A DNA stretch of 64,000 bases. Origin: Auanema rhodensis. Its lineage: Eukaryota > Animalia > Nematoda. The DNA lies in NCBI GenBank assembly GCA_964057225.1, contig OZ059895.1, positions 1,364,001 through 1,428,000 on the forward strand, read 5' to 3'. Both the position numbers and the translations under genes were made by a program. How positions within the stretch are numbered: the stretch's first letter is position 1; every line of letters begins with the position of its first letter. Below, in pieces: positions 41,601-56,159 of this stretch. A model generated the notes under the pieces. That model was not told where the DNA came from, ran no database searches, and worked only from the letters and a program-made list of their open reading frames with translations.

Positions 41601-43874
41601 GTTTCTCAATGTAGTATAGTGCATTCGATGCGGATTTTTAAGCTGCGTCGATCTGTGTTATCAGATTTGCGCTAGCTTAAAAATGCACCGAGATATCAAC
41701 TGATATAAGTTCACACTTATATCCTCGATTTTCACCCTGAAGAACTAATTTTTTCGTTGAATAACATTGTCCATCGTCTTTGCCTTGAAAAAAGGAATCT
41801 AAAAACATCTACTTTCTGCTAAATTATCTTGAAATTTTTCGAAAAAATTTTTGTCAAAATGTTTTTGGAAGCAATGTTGAGTGTACATGGAAACTCAACA
41901 TACACTAATGCATCATTTTTCAAACGATCATAATTAATTTTTGTATTAAGCGTTTCTCAATGTAGTATAATGCATTCGATGCGGATTTTTAAGCTGCGTC
42001 GATCTGTGTTATCAGATTTGCGCTAGCTTAAAAATGCACCGAGATATCAACTGATATAAGTTCACACTTATATCCTCGATTTTCACCCTGAAGAATTAAT
42101 TTTTTCGTTGAATAACATTGTCCATCGTCTTTGCCTTGAAAAAAAGAATCTAAAAACATCTACTTTTTGCTAAATTATTTTGAAATTTTTCGAAAAAATT
42201 TTTGTCAAAATGTTTTTGGAAGCAATGTTGAGTGTACATGGAAACTCAACATACACTAATGCATCATTTTTCAAACGATCATAAATAATTTTTGTATTAA
42301 GCCTTTCTCAATGTAGTATAGTGCAATCGATGCGGATTTTTAAGCTGCGTCGATCTGTGTTATCAGATTTGCGCTAGCTTAAAAATGCACCGAGATATCA
42401 ACTGATATAAGTTCACACATATATCCTCGATTTTCACCCTGAAGAATTAATTTTTTCGTTGAATAACATTGTCCATCGTCTTTGCCTTGAAAAAAGGAAT
42501 CTAAAAACATTTACTTTTTGCTAAATTATTTTGAAATTTTTCGAAAAAATTTTTGTCAAAATGTTTTTGGAAGCAATGTTGAGTGTACATGGAAACTCAA
42601 CATACACTAATGCATCAATTTTCAAACGATCATAACTAATTTTTGTAATAAGCGTTTCTCAATGTAGTATAGTGCATTCGATGCGGATTTTTAAGCTGCG
42701 TCGTTCTGTGTTATCAGATTTGCGCTAGCTTAAAAATGCACCGAGATATCAACTGATATAAGTTCACACTTATATCCTCGATTTTCACCCTGAAGAATTA
42801 ATTTTTTCGTTGAATAACATTGTCCATCGTCTTTGCCTTGAAAAAAGGAATCTGAAAACATCTACTTTTTGCTAAATTATTTTGAAATTTTTCGAAAAAA
42901 TTTTTGTCAAAATGTTTTTGGAAGCAATGTTGAGTGTACATGGAAACTCAACATACACTAATGCATCATTTTTCAAACGATCATAACTAATTTTTGTATT
43001 AAGCGTTTCTCAATTTAGTATAATGCATTCGATGCGGATTTTTAAGCTGCGTCGATCTGTGTTATCAGATTTGCGCTAGCTGAAAAATGCACCGAGATAT
43101 CAACTGATATAAGTTCACACTTATATCCTCGATTTTCACCCTGAAGAATTAATTTTTTTGTTGAATAACATTGTCCATCGTCTTTGCCTTGAAAAAAGGA
43201 ATCTAAAAACATCTACTTTTTGCTAAATTATTTTGAAATTTTTCGAAAAAATTTTTGTCAAAATGTTTTTGGAAGCAATGTTGAGTGTACATGGAAACTC
43301 AACATACACTAATGCATCATTTTTCAAACGATCATAACTAATTTTTGTATCAAGCGTTTCTCAATGTAGTATAGTGCATTCGATGCGGATTTTTAAGCTG
43401 CGTCGTTCTGTGTTATCAGATTTGCGCTAGCTTGAAAATGCACCGAGATATCAACTGATATAAGTTCACACATATATCCTCGATTTTCACCCTGAAGAAT
43501 TAATTTTTTCGTTGAATAACATTGTCCATCGTCTTTGCCTTGAAAAAAAGATTCTAAAAACATCTACTTTTTGCTAAATTATTTTGAAATTTTTCGAAAA
43601 AATTTTTGTCAAAATGTTTTTGGAAGCAATGTTGAGTGTACATGGAAACTCAACATACACTAATGCATCATTTTTCAAACGATCATAATTAATTTTTGTA
43701 TTAAGCGTTTCTCAATGTAGTATAGTGCATTCGATGCGGATTTTTAAGCTGCGTCGATCTGTGTTATCAGATTTGCGCTAGCTTAAAAATGCACCGAGAT
43801 ATCAACTGATATAAGTTCACACTTATATCCTCGATTTTCACCCTGAAGAATTAATTTTTTCGTTGAATAACATT

Positions 43875-46800
43875 GTCCATCGTCTTTGCTTTGAAAAAAG
43901 GAATCTAAAAACATCTACTTTCTGCTAAATTATCTTGAAATTTTTCGAAAAAATTTTTGTCAAAATGTTTTTGGAAGCAATGTTGAGTGTACATGGAAAC
44001 TCAACATACACTAATGCATCATTTTTCAAACGATCATAATTAATTTTTGTATTAAGCGTTTCTCAATGTAGTATAGTGCATTCGATGCGGATTTTTAAGC
44101 TGCGTCGATCTGTGTTATCAGATTTGCGCTAGCTTAAAAATGCACCGAGATATCAACTGATATAAGTTCACACTTATATCCTCGATTTTCACCCTGAAGA
44201 ATTAATTTTTTCGTTGAATAACATTGTCCATCGTCTTTGCCTTGAAAAAAAGAATCTAAAAACATCTACTTTTTGCTAAATTATTTTGAAATTTTTCGAA
44301 AAAAGTTTTGTCAAAATGTTTTTGGAAGCAATGTTGAGTGTACATGGAAACTCAACATACACTAATGCATCATTTTTCAAACGATCATAACTAATTTTTG
44401 TATTAAGCGTTTCTCAATGTAGTATAGTGCATTCGATGCGGATTTTTAAGCTGCGTCGTTCTGTGTTATCAGATTTGCGCTAGCTTAAAAATGCACCGAG
44501 ATATCAACTGATATAAGTTCACACTTATATCCTCGATTTTCACCCTGAAGAATTAATTTTTTCGTTGAATAACATTGTCCATCGTCTTTGCTTTGAAAAA
44601 AGGAATCTAAAAACATCTACTTTCTGCTAAATTATCTTGAAATTTTTCGAAAAAATTTTTGTCAAAATGTTTTTGGAAGCAATGTTGAGTGTACATGGAA
44701 ACTCAACATACACTAATGCATCATTTTTCAAACGATCATAATTAATTTTTGTATTAAGCGTTTCTCAATGTAGTATAGTGCATTCGATGCGGATTTTTAA
44801 GCTGCGTCGATCTGTGTTATCAGATTTGCGCTAGCTTAAAAATGCACCGAGATATCAACTGATATAAGTTCACACTTATATCCTCGATTTTCACCCTGAA
44901 GAATTAATTTTTTCGTTGAATAACATTGTCCATCGTCTTTGCCTTGAAAAAAAGAATCTAAAAACATCTACTTTTTGCTAAATTATTTTGAAATTTTTCG
45001 AAAAAAGTTTTGTCAAAATGTTTTTGGAAGCAATGTTGAGTGTACATGGAAACTCAACATACACTAATGCATCATTTTTCAAACGATCATAACTAATTTT
45101 TGTATTAAGCGTTTCTCAATGTAGTATAGTGCATTCGATGCGGATTTTTAAGCTGCGTCGTTCTGTGTTATCAGATTTGCGCTAGCTTAAAAATGCACCG
45201 AGATATCAACTGATATAAGTTCACACTTATATCCTCGATTTTCACCCTGAAGAATTAATTTTTTCGTTGAATAACATTGTCCATCGTCTTTGCCTTGAAA
45301 AAAAGAATCTAAAAACATCTACTTTCTGCTAAATTATCTTGAAATTTTTCGAAAAAATTTTTGTCAAAATGTTTTTGGAAGCAATGTTGAGTGTACATGG
45401 AAACTCAACATACACTAATGCATCATTTTTCAAACGATCATAATTAATTTTTGTATTAAGCGTTTCTCAATGTAGTATAGTGCATTCGATGCGGATTTTT
45501 AAGCTGCGTCGATCTGTGTTATCAGATTTGCGCTAGCTTAAAAATGCACCGAGATATCAACTGATATAAGTTCACACTTATATCCTCGATTTTCACCCTG
45601 AAGAATTAATTTTTTCGTTGAATAACATTGTCCATCGTCTTTGCTTTGAAAAAAGGAATCTAAAAACATCTACTTTCTGCTAAATTATCTTGAAATTTTT
45701 CGAAAAAATTTTTGTCAAAATGTTTTTGGAAGCAATGTTGAGTGTACATGGAAACTCAACATACACTAATGCATCATTTTTCAAACGATCATAATTAATT
45801 TTTGTATTAAGCGTTTCTCAATGTAGTATAGTGCATTCGATGCGGATTTTTAAGCTGCGTCGATCTGTGTTATCAGATTTGCGCTAGCTTAAAAATGCAC
45901 CGAGATATCAACTGATATAAGTTCACACTTATATCCTCGATTTTCACCCTGAAGAATTAATTTTTTCGTTGAATAACATTGTCCATCGTCTTTGCCTTGA
46001 AAAAAAGAATCTAAAAACATCTACTTTTTGCTAAATTATTTTGAAATTTTTCGAAAAAAGTTTTGTCAAAATGTTTTTGGAAGCAATGTTGAGTGTACAT
46101 GGAAACTCAACATACACTAATGCATCATTTTTCAAACGATCATAACTAATTTTTGTATTAAGCGTTTCTCAATGTAGTATAGTGCATTCGATGCGGATTT
46201 TTAAGCTGCGTCGTTCTGTGTTATCAGATTTGCGCTAGCTTAAAAATGCACCGAGATATCAACTGATATAAGTTCACACTTATATCCTCGATTTTCACCC
46301 TGAAGAATTAATTTTTTCGTTGAATAACATTGTCCATCGTCTTTGCTTTGAAAAAAGGAATCTAAAAACATCTACTTTCTGCTAAATTATCTTGAAATTT
46401 TTCGAAAAAATTTTTGTCAAAATGTTTTTGGAAGCAATGTTGAGTGTACATGGAAACTCAACATACACTAATGCATCATTTTTCAAACGATCATAATTAA
46501 TTTTTGTATTAAGCGTTTCTCAATGTAGTATAGTGCATTCGATGCGGATTTTTAAGCTGCGTCGATCTGTGTTATCAGATTTGCGCTAGCTTAAAAATGC
46601 ACCGAGATATCAACTGATATAAGTTCACACTTATATCCTCGATTTTCACCCTGAAGAATTAATTTTTTCGTTGAATAACATTGTCCATCGTCTTTGCCTT
46701 GAAAAAAAGAATCTAAAAACATCTACTTTTTGCTAAATTATTTTGAAATTTTTCGAAAAAAGTTTTGTCAAAATGTTTTTGGAAGCAATGTTGAGTGTAC

Positions 46801-49139
46801 ATGGAAACTCAACATACACTAATGCATCATTTTTCAAACGATCATAACTAATTTTTGTATTAAGCGTTTCTCAATGTAGTATAGTGCATTCGATGCGGAT
46901 TTTTAAGCTGCGTCGTTCTGTGTTATCAGATTTGCGCTAGCTTAAAAATGCACCGAGATATCAACTGATATAAGTTCACACTTATATCCTCGATTTTCAC
47001 CCTGAAGAATTAATTTTTTCGTTGAATAACATTGTCCATCGTCTTTGCCTTGAAAAAAAGAATCTAAAAACATCTACTTTCTGCTAAATTATCTTGAAAT
47101 TTTTCGAAAAAATTTTTGTCAAAATGTTTTTGGAAGCAATGTTGAGTGTACATGGAAACTCAACATACACTAATGCATCATTTTTCAAACGATCATAATT
47201 AATTTTTGTATTAAGCGTTTCTCAATGTAGTATAGTGCATTCGATGCGGATTTTTAAGCTGCGTCGATCTGTGTTATCAGATTTGCGCTAGCTTAAAAAT
47301 GCACCGAGATATCAACTGATATAAGTTCACACTTATATCCTCGATTTTCACCCTGAAGAATTAATTTTTTCGTTGAATAACATTGTCCATCGTCTTTGCT
47401 TTGAAAAAAGGAATCTAAAAACATCTACTTTCTGCTAAATTATCTTGAAATTTTTCGAAAAAATTTTTGTCAAAATGTTTTTGGAAGCAATGTTGAGTGT
47501 ACATGGAAACTCAACATACACTAATGCATCATTTTTCAAACGATCATAATTAATTTTTGTATTAAGCGTTTCTCAATGTAGTATAGTGCATTCGATGCGG
47601 ATTTTTAAGCTGCGTCGATCTGTGTTATCAGATTTGCGCTAGCTTAAAAATGCACCGAGATATCAACTGATATAAGTTCACACTTATATCCTCGATTTTC
47701 ACCCTGAAGAATTAATTTTTTCGTTGAATAACATTGTCCATCGTCTTTGCCTTGAAAAAAAGAATCTAAAAACATCTACTTTTTGCTAAATTATTTTGAA
47801 ATTTTTCGAAAAAAGTTTTGTCAAAATGTTTTTGGAAGCAATGTTGAGTGTACATGGAAACTCAACATACACTAATGCATCATTTTTCAAACGATCATAA
47901 CTAATTTTTGTATTAAGCGTTTCTCAATGTAGTATAGTGCATTCGATGCGGATTTTTAAGCTGCGTCGTTCTGTGTTATCAGATTTGCGCTAGCTTAAAA
48001 ATGCACCGAGATATCAACTGATATAAGTTCACACTTATATCCTCGATTTTCACCCTGGAGAATTAATTTTTTCGTTGAATAACATTGTCCATCGTCTTTG
48101 CTTTGAAAAAAGGAATCTAAAAACATCTACTTTCTGCTAAATTATCTTGAAATTTTTCGAAAAAATTTTTGTCAAAATGTTTTTGGAAGCAATGTTGAGT
48201 GTACATGGAAACTCAACATACACTAATGCATCATTTTTCAAACGATCATAATTAATTTTTGTATTAAGCGTTTCTCAATGTAGTATAGTGCATTCGATGC
48301 GGATTTTTAAGCTGCGTCGATCTGTGTTATCAGATTTGCGCTAGCTTAAAAATGCACCGAGATATCAACTGATATAAGTTCACACTTATATCCTCGATTT
48401 TCACCCTGAAGAATTAATTTTTTCGTTGAATAACATTGTCCATCGTCTTTGCCTTGAAAAAAAGAATCTAAAAACATCTACTTTTTGCTAAATTATTTTG
48501 AAATTTTTCGAAAAAAGTTTTGTCAAAATGTTTTTGGAAGCAATGTTGAGTGTACATGGAAACTCAACATACACTAATGCATCATTTTTCAAACGATCAT
48601 AACTAATTTTTGTATTAAGCGTTTCTCAATGTAGTATAGTGCATTCGATGCGGATTTTTAAGCTGCGTCGTTCTGTGTTATCAGATTTGCGCTAGCTTAA
48701 AAATGCACCGAGATATCAACTGATATAAGTTCACACTTATATCCTCGATTTTCACCCTGAAGAATTAATTTTTTCGTTGAATAACATTGTCCATCGTCTT
48801 TGCCTTGAAAAAAAGAATCTAAAAACATCTACTTTCTGCTAAATTATCTTGAAATTTTTCGAAAAAATTTTTGTCAAAATGTTTTTGGAAGCAATGTTGA
48901 GTGTACATGGAAACTCAACATACACTAATGCATCATTTTTCAAACGATCATAATTAATTTTTGTATTAAGCGTTTCTCAATGTAGTATAGTGCATTCGAT
49001 GCGGATTTTTAAGCTGCGTCGATCTGTGTTATCAGATTTGCGCTAGCTTAAAAATGCACCGAGATATCAACTGATATAAGTTCACACTTATATCCTCGAT
49101 TTTCACCCTGAAGAATTAATTTTTTCGTTGAATAACATT
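43875..49139 (+). repeat. Higher-order repeat: 5-monomer unit XYXYZ (1755 bp) x3
   Basis: X marker TTTGCTTTG at 43890, 44592, 45645, 46347, 47400, 48102. Y marker AAAAAAGTTTT at 44305, 45007, 46060, 46762, 47815, 48517. Z monomers start at 45279, 47034, 48789. Confidence 0.92.
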
Positions 49140-51947
49140 GTCCATCGTCTTTGCCTTGAAAAAAAGAATCTAAAAACATCTACTTTTTGCTAAATTATTT
49201 TACAATTTTTTGAAAAAATTTTTGTCAAAATGTTTTTGGAAGCAATGTTGAGTGTACATGGAAACTCAACATACACTAATGCATCATTTTTCAAACGATC
49301 ATAATTAATTTTTGTATTAAGCGTTTCTCAATGTAGTATAGTGCATTCGATGCGGATTTTTAAGCTGCGTCGATCTGTGTTATCAGATTTGCGCTAGCTT
49401 GAAAATGCACCGAGATATCAACTGATATAAGTTCACACTTATATCCTCGATTTTCACCCTGAAGAATTAATTTTTTCGTTGAATAACATTGTCCATCGTC
49501 TTTGCCTTAAAAAAAGGAATCTGAAAACATCTACTTTTTGCTAAATTATTTTGAAATTTTTCGAAAAAATTTTTGTCAAAATGTTTTTGGAAGCAATGTT
49601 GAGTGTACATGGAAACTCAACATACACTAATGCATCATTTTTCAAACGATCATAACTAATTTTTGTATCAAGCGTTTCTCAATGTAGTATAGTGCATTCG
49701 ATGCGGATTTTTAAGCTGCGTCGTTCTGTGTTATCAGATTTGCGCTAGCTTGAAAATGCACCGAGATATCAACTGATATAAGTTCACACATATATCCTCG
49801 ATTTTCACCCTGAAGAATTAATTTTTTCGTTGAATAACATTGTCCATCGTCTTTGCCTTGAAAAAAAGATTCTAAAAACATCTACTTTTTGCTAAATTAT
49901 TTTGAAATTTTTCGAAAAAATTTTTGTCAAAATGTTTTTGGAAGCAATGTTGAGTGTACATGGAAACTCAACATACACTAATGCATCATTTTTCAAACGA
50001 TCATAATTAATTTTTGTATTAAGCGTTTCTCAATGTAGTATAGTGCATTCGATGCGGATTTTTAAGCTGCGTCGATCTGTGTTATCAGATTTGCGCTAGC
50101 TGAAAAATGCACCGAGATATCAACTGATATAAGTTCACACTTATATCCTCGATTTTCACCCTGAAGAATTAATTTTTTCGTTGAATAACATTGTCCATCG
50201 TCTTTGCCTTGAGAAAAGGAATCTAAAAACATCTACTTTTTGCTAAATTATTTTGAAATTTTTCGAAAAAATTTTTGTCAAAATGTTTTTGGAAGCAATG
50301 TTGAGTGTACATGGAAACTCAACATACACTAATGCATCATTTTTCAAACGATCATAACTAATTTTTGTATCAAGCGTTTCTCAATGTAGTATAGTGCATT
50401 CGATGCGGATTTTTAAGCTGCGTCGTTCTGTGTTATCAGATTTGCGCTAGCTTGAAAATGCACCGAGATATCAACTGATATAAGTTCACACATATATCCT
50501 CGATTTTCACCCTGAAGAATTAATTTTTTCGTTGAATAACATTGTCCATCGTCTTTGCCTTGAAAAAAAGATTCTAAAAACATCTACTTTTTGCTAAATT
50601 ATTTTGAAATTTTTCGAAAAAATTTTTGTCAAAATGTTTTTGGAAGCAATGTTGAGTGTACATGGAAACTCAACATACACTAATGCATCATTTTTCAAAC
50701 GATCATAATTAATTTTTGTATTAAGCGTTTCTCAATGTAGTATAGTGCATTCGATGCGGATTTTTAAGCTGCGTCGATCTGTGTTATCAGATTTGCGCTA
50801 GCTTAAAAATGCACCGAGATATCAACTGATATAAGTTCACACTTATATCCTCGATTTTCACCCTGAAGAATTAATTTTTTCGTTGAATAACATTGTCCAT
50901 CGTCTTTGCTTTGAAAAAAGGAATCTAAAAACATCTACTTTCTGCTAAATTATCTTGAAATTTTTCGAAAAAATTTTTGTCAAAATGTTTTTGGAAGCAA
51001 TGTTGAGTGTACATGGAAACTCAACATACACTAATGCATCATTTTTCAAACGATCATAATTAATTTTTGTATTAAGCGTTTCTCAATGTAGTATAGTGCA
51101 TTCGATGCGGATTTTTAAGCTGCGTCGATCTGTGTTATCAGATTTGCGCTAGCTTAAAAATGCACCGAGATATCAACTGATATAAGTTCACACTTATATC
51201 CTCGATTTTCACCCTGAAGAATTAATTTTTTCGTTGAATAACATTGTCCATCGTCTTTGCCTTGAAAAAAAGAATCTAAAAACATCCACTTTTTGCTAAA
51301 TTATTTTGAAATTTTTCGAAAAAAGTTTTGTCAAAATGTTTTTGGAAGCAATGTTGAGTGTACATGGAAACTCAACATACACTAATGCATCATTTTTCAA
51401 ACGATCATAACTAATTTTTGTATTAAGCGTTTCTCAATGTAGTATAGTGCATTCGATGCGGATTTTTAAGCTGCGTCGTTCTGTGTTATCAGATTTGCGC
51501 TAGCTTAAAAATGCACCGAGATATCAACTGATATAAGTTCACACTTATATCCTCGATTTTCACCCTGAAGAATTAATTTTTTCGTTGAATAACATTGTCC
51601 ATCGTCTTTGCCTTGAAAAAAAGAATCTAAAAACATCTACTTTCTGCTAAATTATCTTGAAATTTTTCGAAAAAATTTTTGTCAAAATGTTTTTGGAAGC
51701 AATGTTGAGTGTACATGGAAACTCAACATACACTAATGCATCATTTTTCAAACGATCATAATTAATTTTTGTATTAAGCGTTTCTCAATGTAGTATAGTG
51801 CATTCGATGCGGATTTTTAAGCTGCGTCGATCTGTGTTATCAGATTTGCGCTAGCTTAAAAATGCACCGAGATATCAACTGATATAAGTTCACACTTATA
51901 TCCTCGATTTTCACCCTGAAGAATTAATTTTTTCGTTGAATAACATT

Positions 51948-54900
51948 GTCCATCGTCTTTGCCTTGAAAAAAAGAATCTAAAAACATCTACTTTTTGCTA
52001 AATTATTTTACAATTTTTTGAAAAAATTTTTGTCAAAATGTTTTTGGAAGCAATGTTGAGTGTACATGGAAACTCAACATACACTAATGCATCATTTTTC
52101 AAACAATCATAATTAATTTTTGTATTAAGCGTTTCTCAATGTAGTATAGTGCATTCGATGCGGATTTTTAAGCTGCGTCGATCTGTGTTATCAGATTTGC
52201 GCTAGCTTGAAAATGCACCGAGATATCAACTGATATAAGTTCACACTTATATCCTCGATTTTCACCCTGAAGAATTAATTTTTTCGTTGAATAACATTGT
52301 CCATCGTCTTTGCCTTAAAAAAAGGAATCTGAAAACATCTACTTTTTGCTAAATTATTTTGAAATTTTTCGAAAAAATTTTTGTCAAAATGTTTTTGGAA
52401 GCAATGTTGAGTGTACATGGAAACTCAACATACACTAATGCATCATTTTTCAAACGATCATAACTAATTTTTGTATTAAGCGTTTCTCAATTTTGTATAG
52501 TGCATTCGATGCGGATTTTTAAGCTGCGTCGATCTGTGTTATCAGATTTGCGCTAGCTGAAAAATGCACCGAGATATCAACTGATATAAGTTCACACTTA
52601 TATCCTCGATTTTCACCCTGAAGAATTAATTTTTTCGTTGAATAACATTGTCCATCGTCTTTGCCTTGAAAAAAGGAATCTAAAAACATCTACTTTTTGC
52701 TAAATTATTTTGAAATTTTTCGAAAAAATTTTTGTCAAAATGTTTTTGGAAGCAATGTTGAGTGTACATGGAAACTCAACATACACTAATGCATCATTTT
52801 TCAAACGATCATAACTAATTTTTGTATTAAGCGTTTCTCAATGTAGTATAGTGCATTCGATGCGGATTTTTAAGCTGCGTCGTTCTGTGTTATCAGATTT
52901 GCGCTAGCTTAAAAATGCACCGAGATATCAACTGATATAAGTTCACACATATATCCTCGATTTTCACCCTGAAGAATTAATTTTTTCGTTGAATAACATT
53001 GTCCATCGTCTTTGCCTTGAAAAAAGGAATCTAAAAACATCTACTTTTTGCTAAATTATTTTGAAATTTTTCGAAAAAATTTTTGTCAAAATGTTTTTGG
53101 AAGCAATGTTGAGTGTACATGGAAACTCAACATACACTAATGCATCATTTTTCAAACGATCATAATTAATTTTTGTATTAAGCGTTTCTCAATTTAGTAT
53201 AGTGCATTCGATGCGGATTTTTAAGCTGCGTCGATCTGTGTTATCAGATTTGCGCTAGCTTAAAAATGCACCGAGATATCAACTGATATAAGTTCACACT
53301 TATATCCTCGATTTTCACCCTGAAGAATTAATTTTTTCGTTGAATAACCTTGTCCATCGTCTTTGCCTTGAAAAAAGGAATCTGAAAACATCTACTTTTT
53401 GCTAAATTATTTTGAAATTTTTCGAAAAAATTTTTGTCAAAATGTTTTTGGAAGCAATGTTGAGTGTACATGGAAACTCAACATACACTAATGCATCATT
53501 TTTCAAACGATCATAACTAATTTTTGTATTAAGCGTTTCTCAATTTAGTATAGTGCATTCGATGCAGATTTTTAAGCTGCGTCGATCTGTGTTATCAGAT
53601 TTGCGCTAGCTGAAAAATGCACCGAGATATCAACTGATATAAGTTCACACTTATATCCTCGATTTTCACCCTGAAGAATTAATTTTTTCGTTGAATAACA
53701 TTGTCCATCGTCTTTGCCTTGAAAAAAGGAATCTAAAAACATCTACTTTTTGCTAAATTATTTTGAAATTTTTCGAAAAAATTTTTGTCAAAATGTTTTT
53801 GGAAGCAATGTTGAGTGTACATGGAAACTCAACATACACTAATGCATCATTTTTCAAACGATCATAACTAATTTTTGTATTAAGCGTTTCTCAATGTAGT
53901 ATAGTGCATTCGATGCGGATTTTTAAGCTGCGTCGTTCTGTGTTATCAGATTTGCGCTAGCTTAAAAATGCACCGAGATATCAACTGATATAAGTTCACA
54001 CTTATATCCTCGATTTTCACCCTGAAGAATTAATTTTTTCGTTGAATAACATTGTCCATCGTCTTTGCCTTGAAAAAAAGAATCTAAAAACATCTACTTT
54101 TTGCTAAATTATTTTACAATTTTTTGAAAAAATTTTTGTCAAAATGTTTTTGGAAGCAATGTTGAGTGTACATGGAAACTCAACATACACTAATGCATCA
54201 TTTTTCAAACGATCATAATTAATTTTTGTATTAAGCGTTTCTCAATGTAGTATAGTGCACTCGATGCGGATTTTTAAGCTGCATCGATCTGTGTTATCAG
54301 ATTTGCGCTAGCTTGAAAATGCACCGAGATATCAACTGATATAAGTTCACTTTTATATCCTCGATTTTCACCCTGAAGAATTAATTTTTTCGTTGAATAA
54401 CATTGTCCATCGTCTTTGCCTTAAAAAAAGGAATCTGAAAACATCTACTTTTTGCTAAATTATTTTGAAATTTTTCGAAAAAATTTTTGTCAAAATGTTT
54501 TTGGAAGCAATGTTGAGTGTACATGGAAACTCAACATACACTAATGCATCATTTTTCAAACGATCATAACTAATTTTTGTATTAAGCGTTTCTCAATTTT
54601 GTATAGTGCATTCGATGCGGATTTTTAAGCTGCGTCGATCTGTGTTATCAGATTTGCGCTAGCTGAAAAATGCACCGAGATATCAACTGATATAAGTTCA
54701 CACTTATATCCTCGATTTTCACCCTGAAGAATTAATTTTTTCGTTGAATAACATTGTCCATCGTCTTTGCCTTGAAAAAAGGAATTTAAAAACATCTACT
54801 TTTTGCTAAATTATTTTGAAATTTTTCGAAAAAATTTTTGTCAAAATGTTTTTGGAAGCAATGTTGAGTGTACATGGAAACTCAACATACACTAATGCAT

Positions 54901-56159
54901 CATTTTTCAAACGATCATAACTAATTTTTGTATTAAGCGTTTCTCAATGTAGTATAGTGCATTCGATGCGGATTTTTAAGCTGCGTCGTTCAGTGTTATC
55001 AGATTTGCGCTAGCTTAAAAATGCACCGAGATATCAACTGATATAAGTTCACACATATATCCTCGATTTTCACCCTGAAGAATTAATTTTTTCGTTGAAT
55101 AACATTGTCCATCGTCTTTGCCTTGAAAAAAGGAATCTAAAAACATCTACTTTTTGCTAAATTATTTTGAAATTTTTCGAAAAAATTTTTGTCAAAATGT
55201 TTTTGGAAGCAATGTTGAGTGTACATGGAAACTCAACATACACTAATGCATCATTTTTCAAACGATCATAATTAATTTTTGTATTAAGCGTTTCTCAATT
55301 TAGTATAGTGCATTCGATGCGGATTTTTAAGCTGCGTCGATCTGTGTTATCAGATTTGCGCTAGCTTAAAAATGCACCGAGATATCAACTGATATAAGTT
55401 CACACTTATATCCTCGATTTTCACCCTGAAGAATTAATTTTTTCGTTGAATAACCTTGTCCATCGTCTTTGCCTTGAAAAAAGGAATCTGAAAACATCTA
55501 CTTTTTGCTAAATTATTTTGAAATTTTTCGAAAAAATTTTTGTCAAAATGTTTTTGGAAGCAATGTTGAGTGTACATGGAAACTCAACATACACTAATGC
55601 ATCATTTTTCAAACGATCATAACTAATTTTTGTATTAAGCGTTTCTCAATTTAGTATAGTGCATTCGATGCAGATTTTTAAGCTGCGTCGATCTGTGTTA
55701 TCAGATTTGCGCTAGCTGAAAAATGCACCGAGATATCAACTGATATAAGTTCACACTTATATCCTCGATTTTCACCCTGAAGAATTAATTTTTTCGTTGA
55801 ATAACATTGTCCATCGTCTTTGCCTTGAAAAAAGGAATCTAAAAACATCTACTTTTTGCTAAATTATTTTGAAATTTTTCGAAAAAATTTTTGTCAAAAT
55901 GTTTTTGGAAGCAATGTTGAGTGTACATGGAAACTCAACATACACTAATGCATCATTTTTCAAACGATCATAACTAATTTTTGTATTAAGCGTTTCTCAA
56001 TGTAGTATAGTGCATTCGATGCGGATTTTTAAGCTGCGTCGTTCTGTGTTATCAGATTTGCGCTAGCTTAAAAATGCACCGAGATATCAACTGATATAAG
56101 TTCACACTTATATCCTCGATTTTCACCCTGAAGAATTAATTTTTTCGTTGAATAACATT
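51948..56159 (+). repeat. Higher-order repeat: 6-monomer unit (2106 bp) x2 (M149-154, M155-160)
   Basis: TTTTACAAT (52010/54116), AATAACCTT (53349/55455) and GATGCAGAT (53566/55672) all recur at 2106 bp. Confidence 0.9.
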
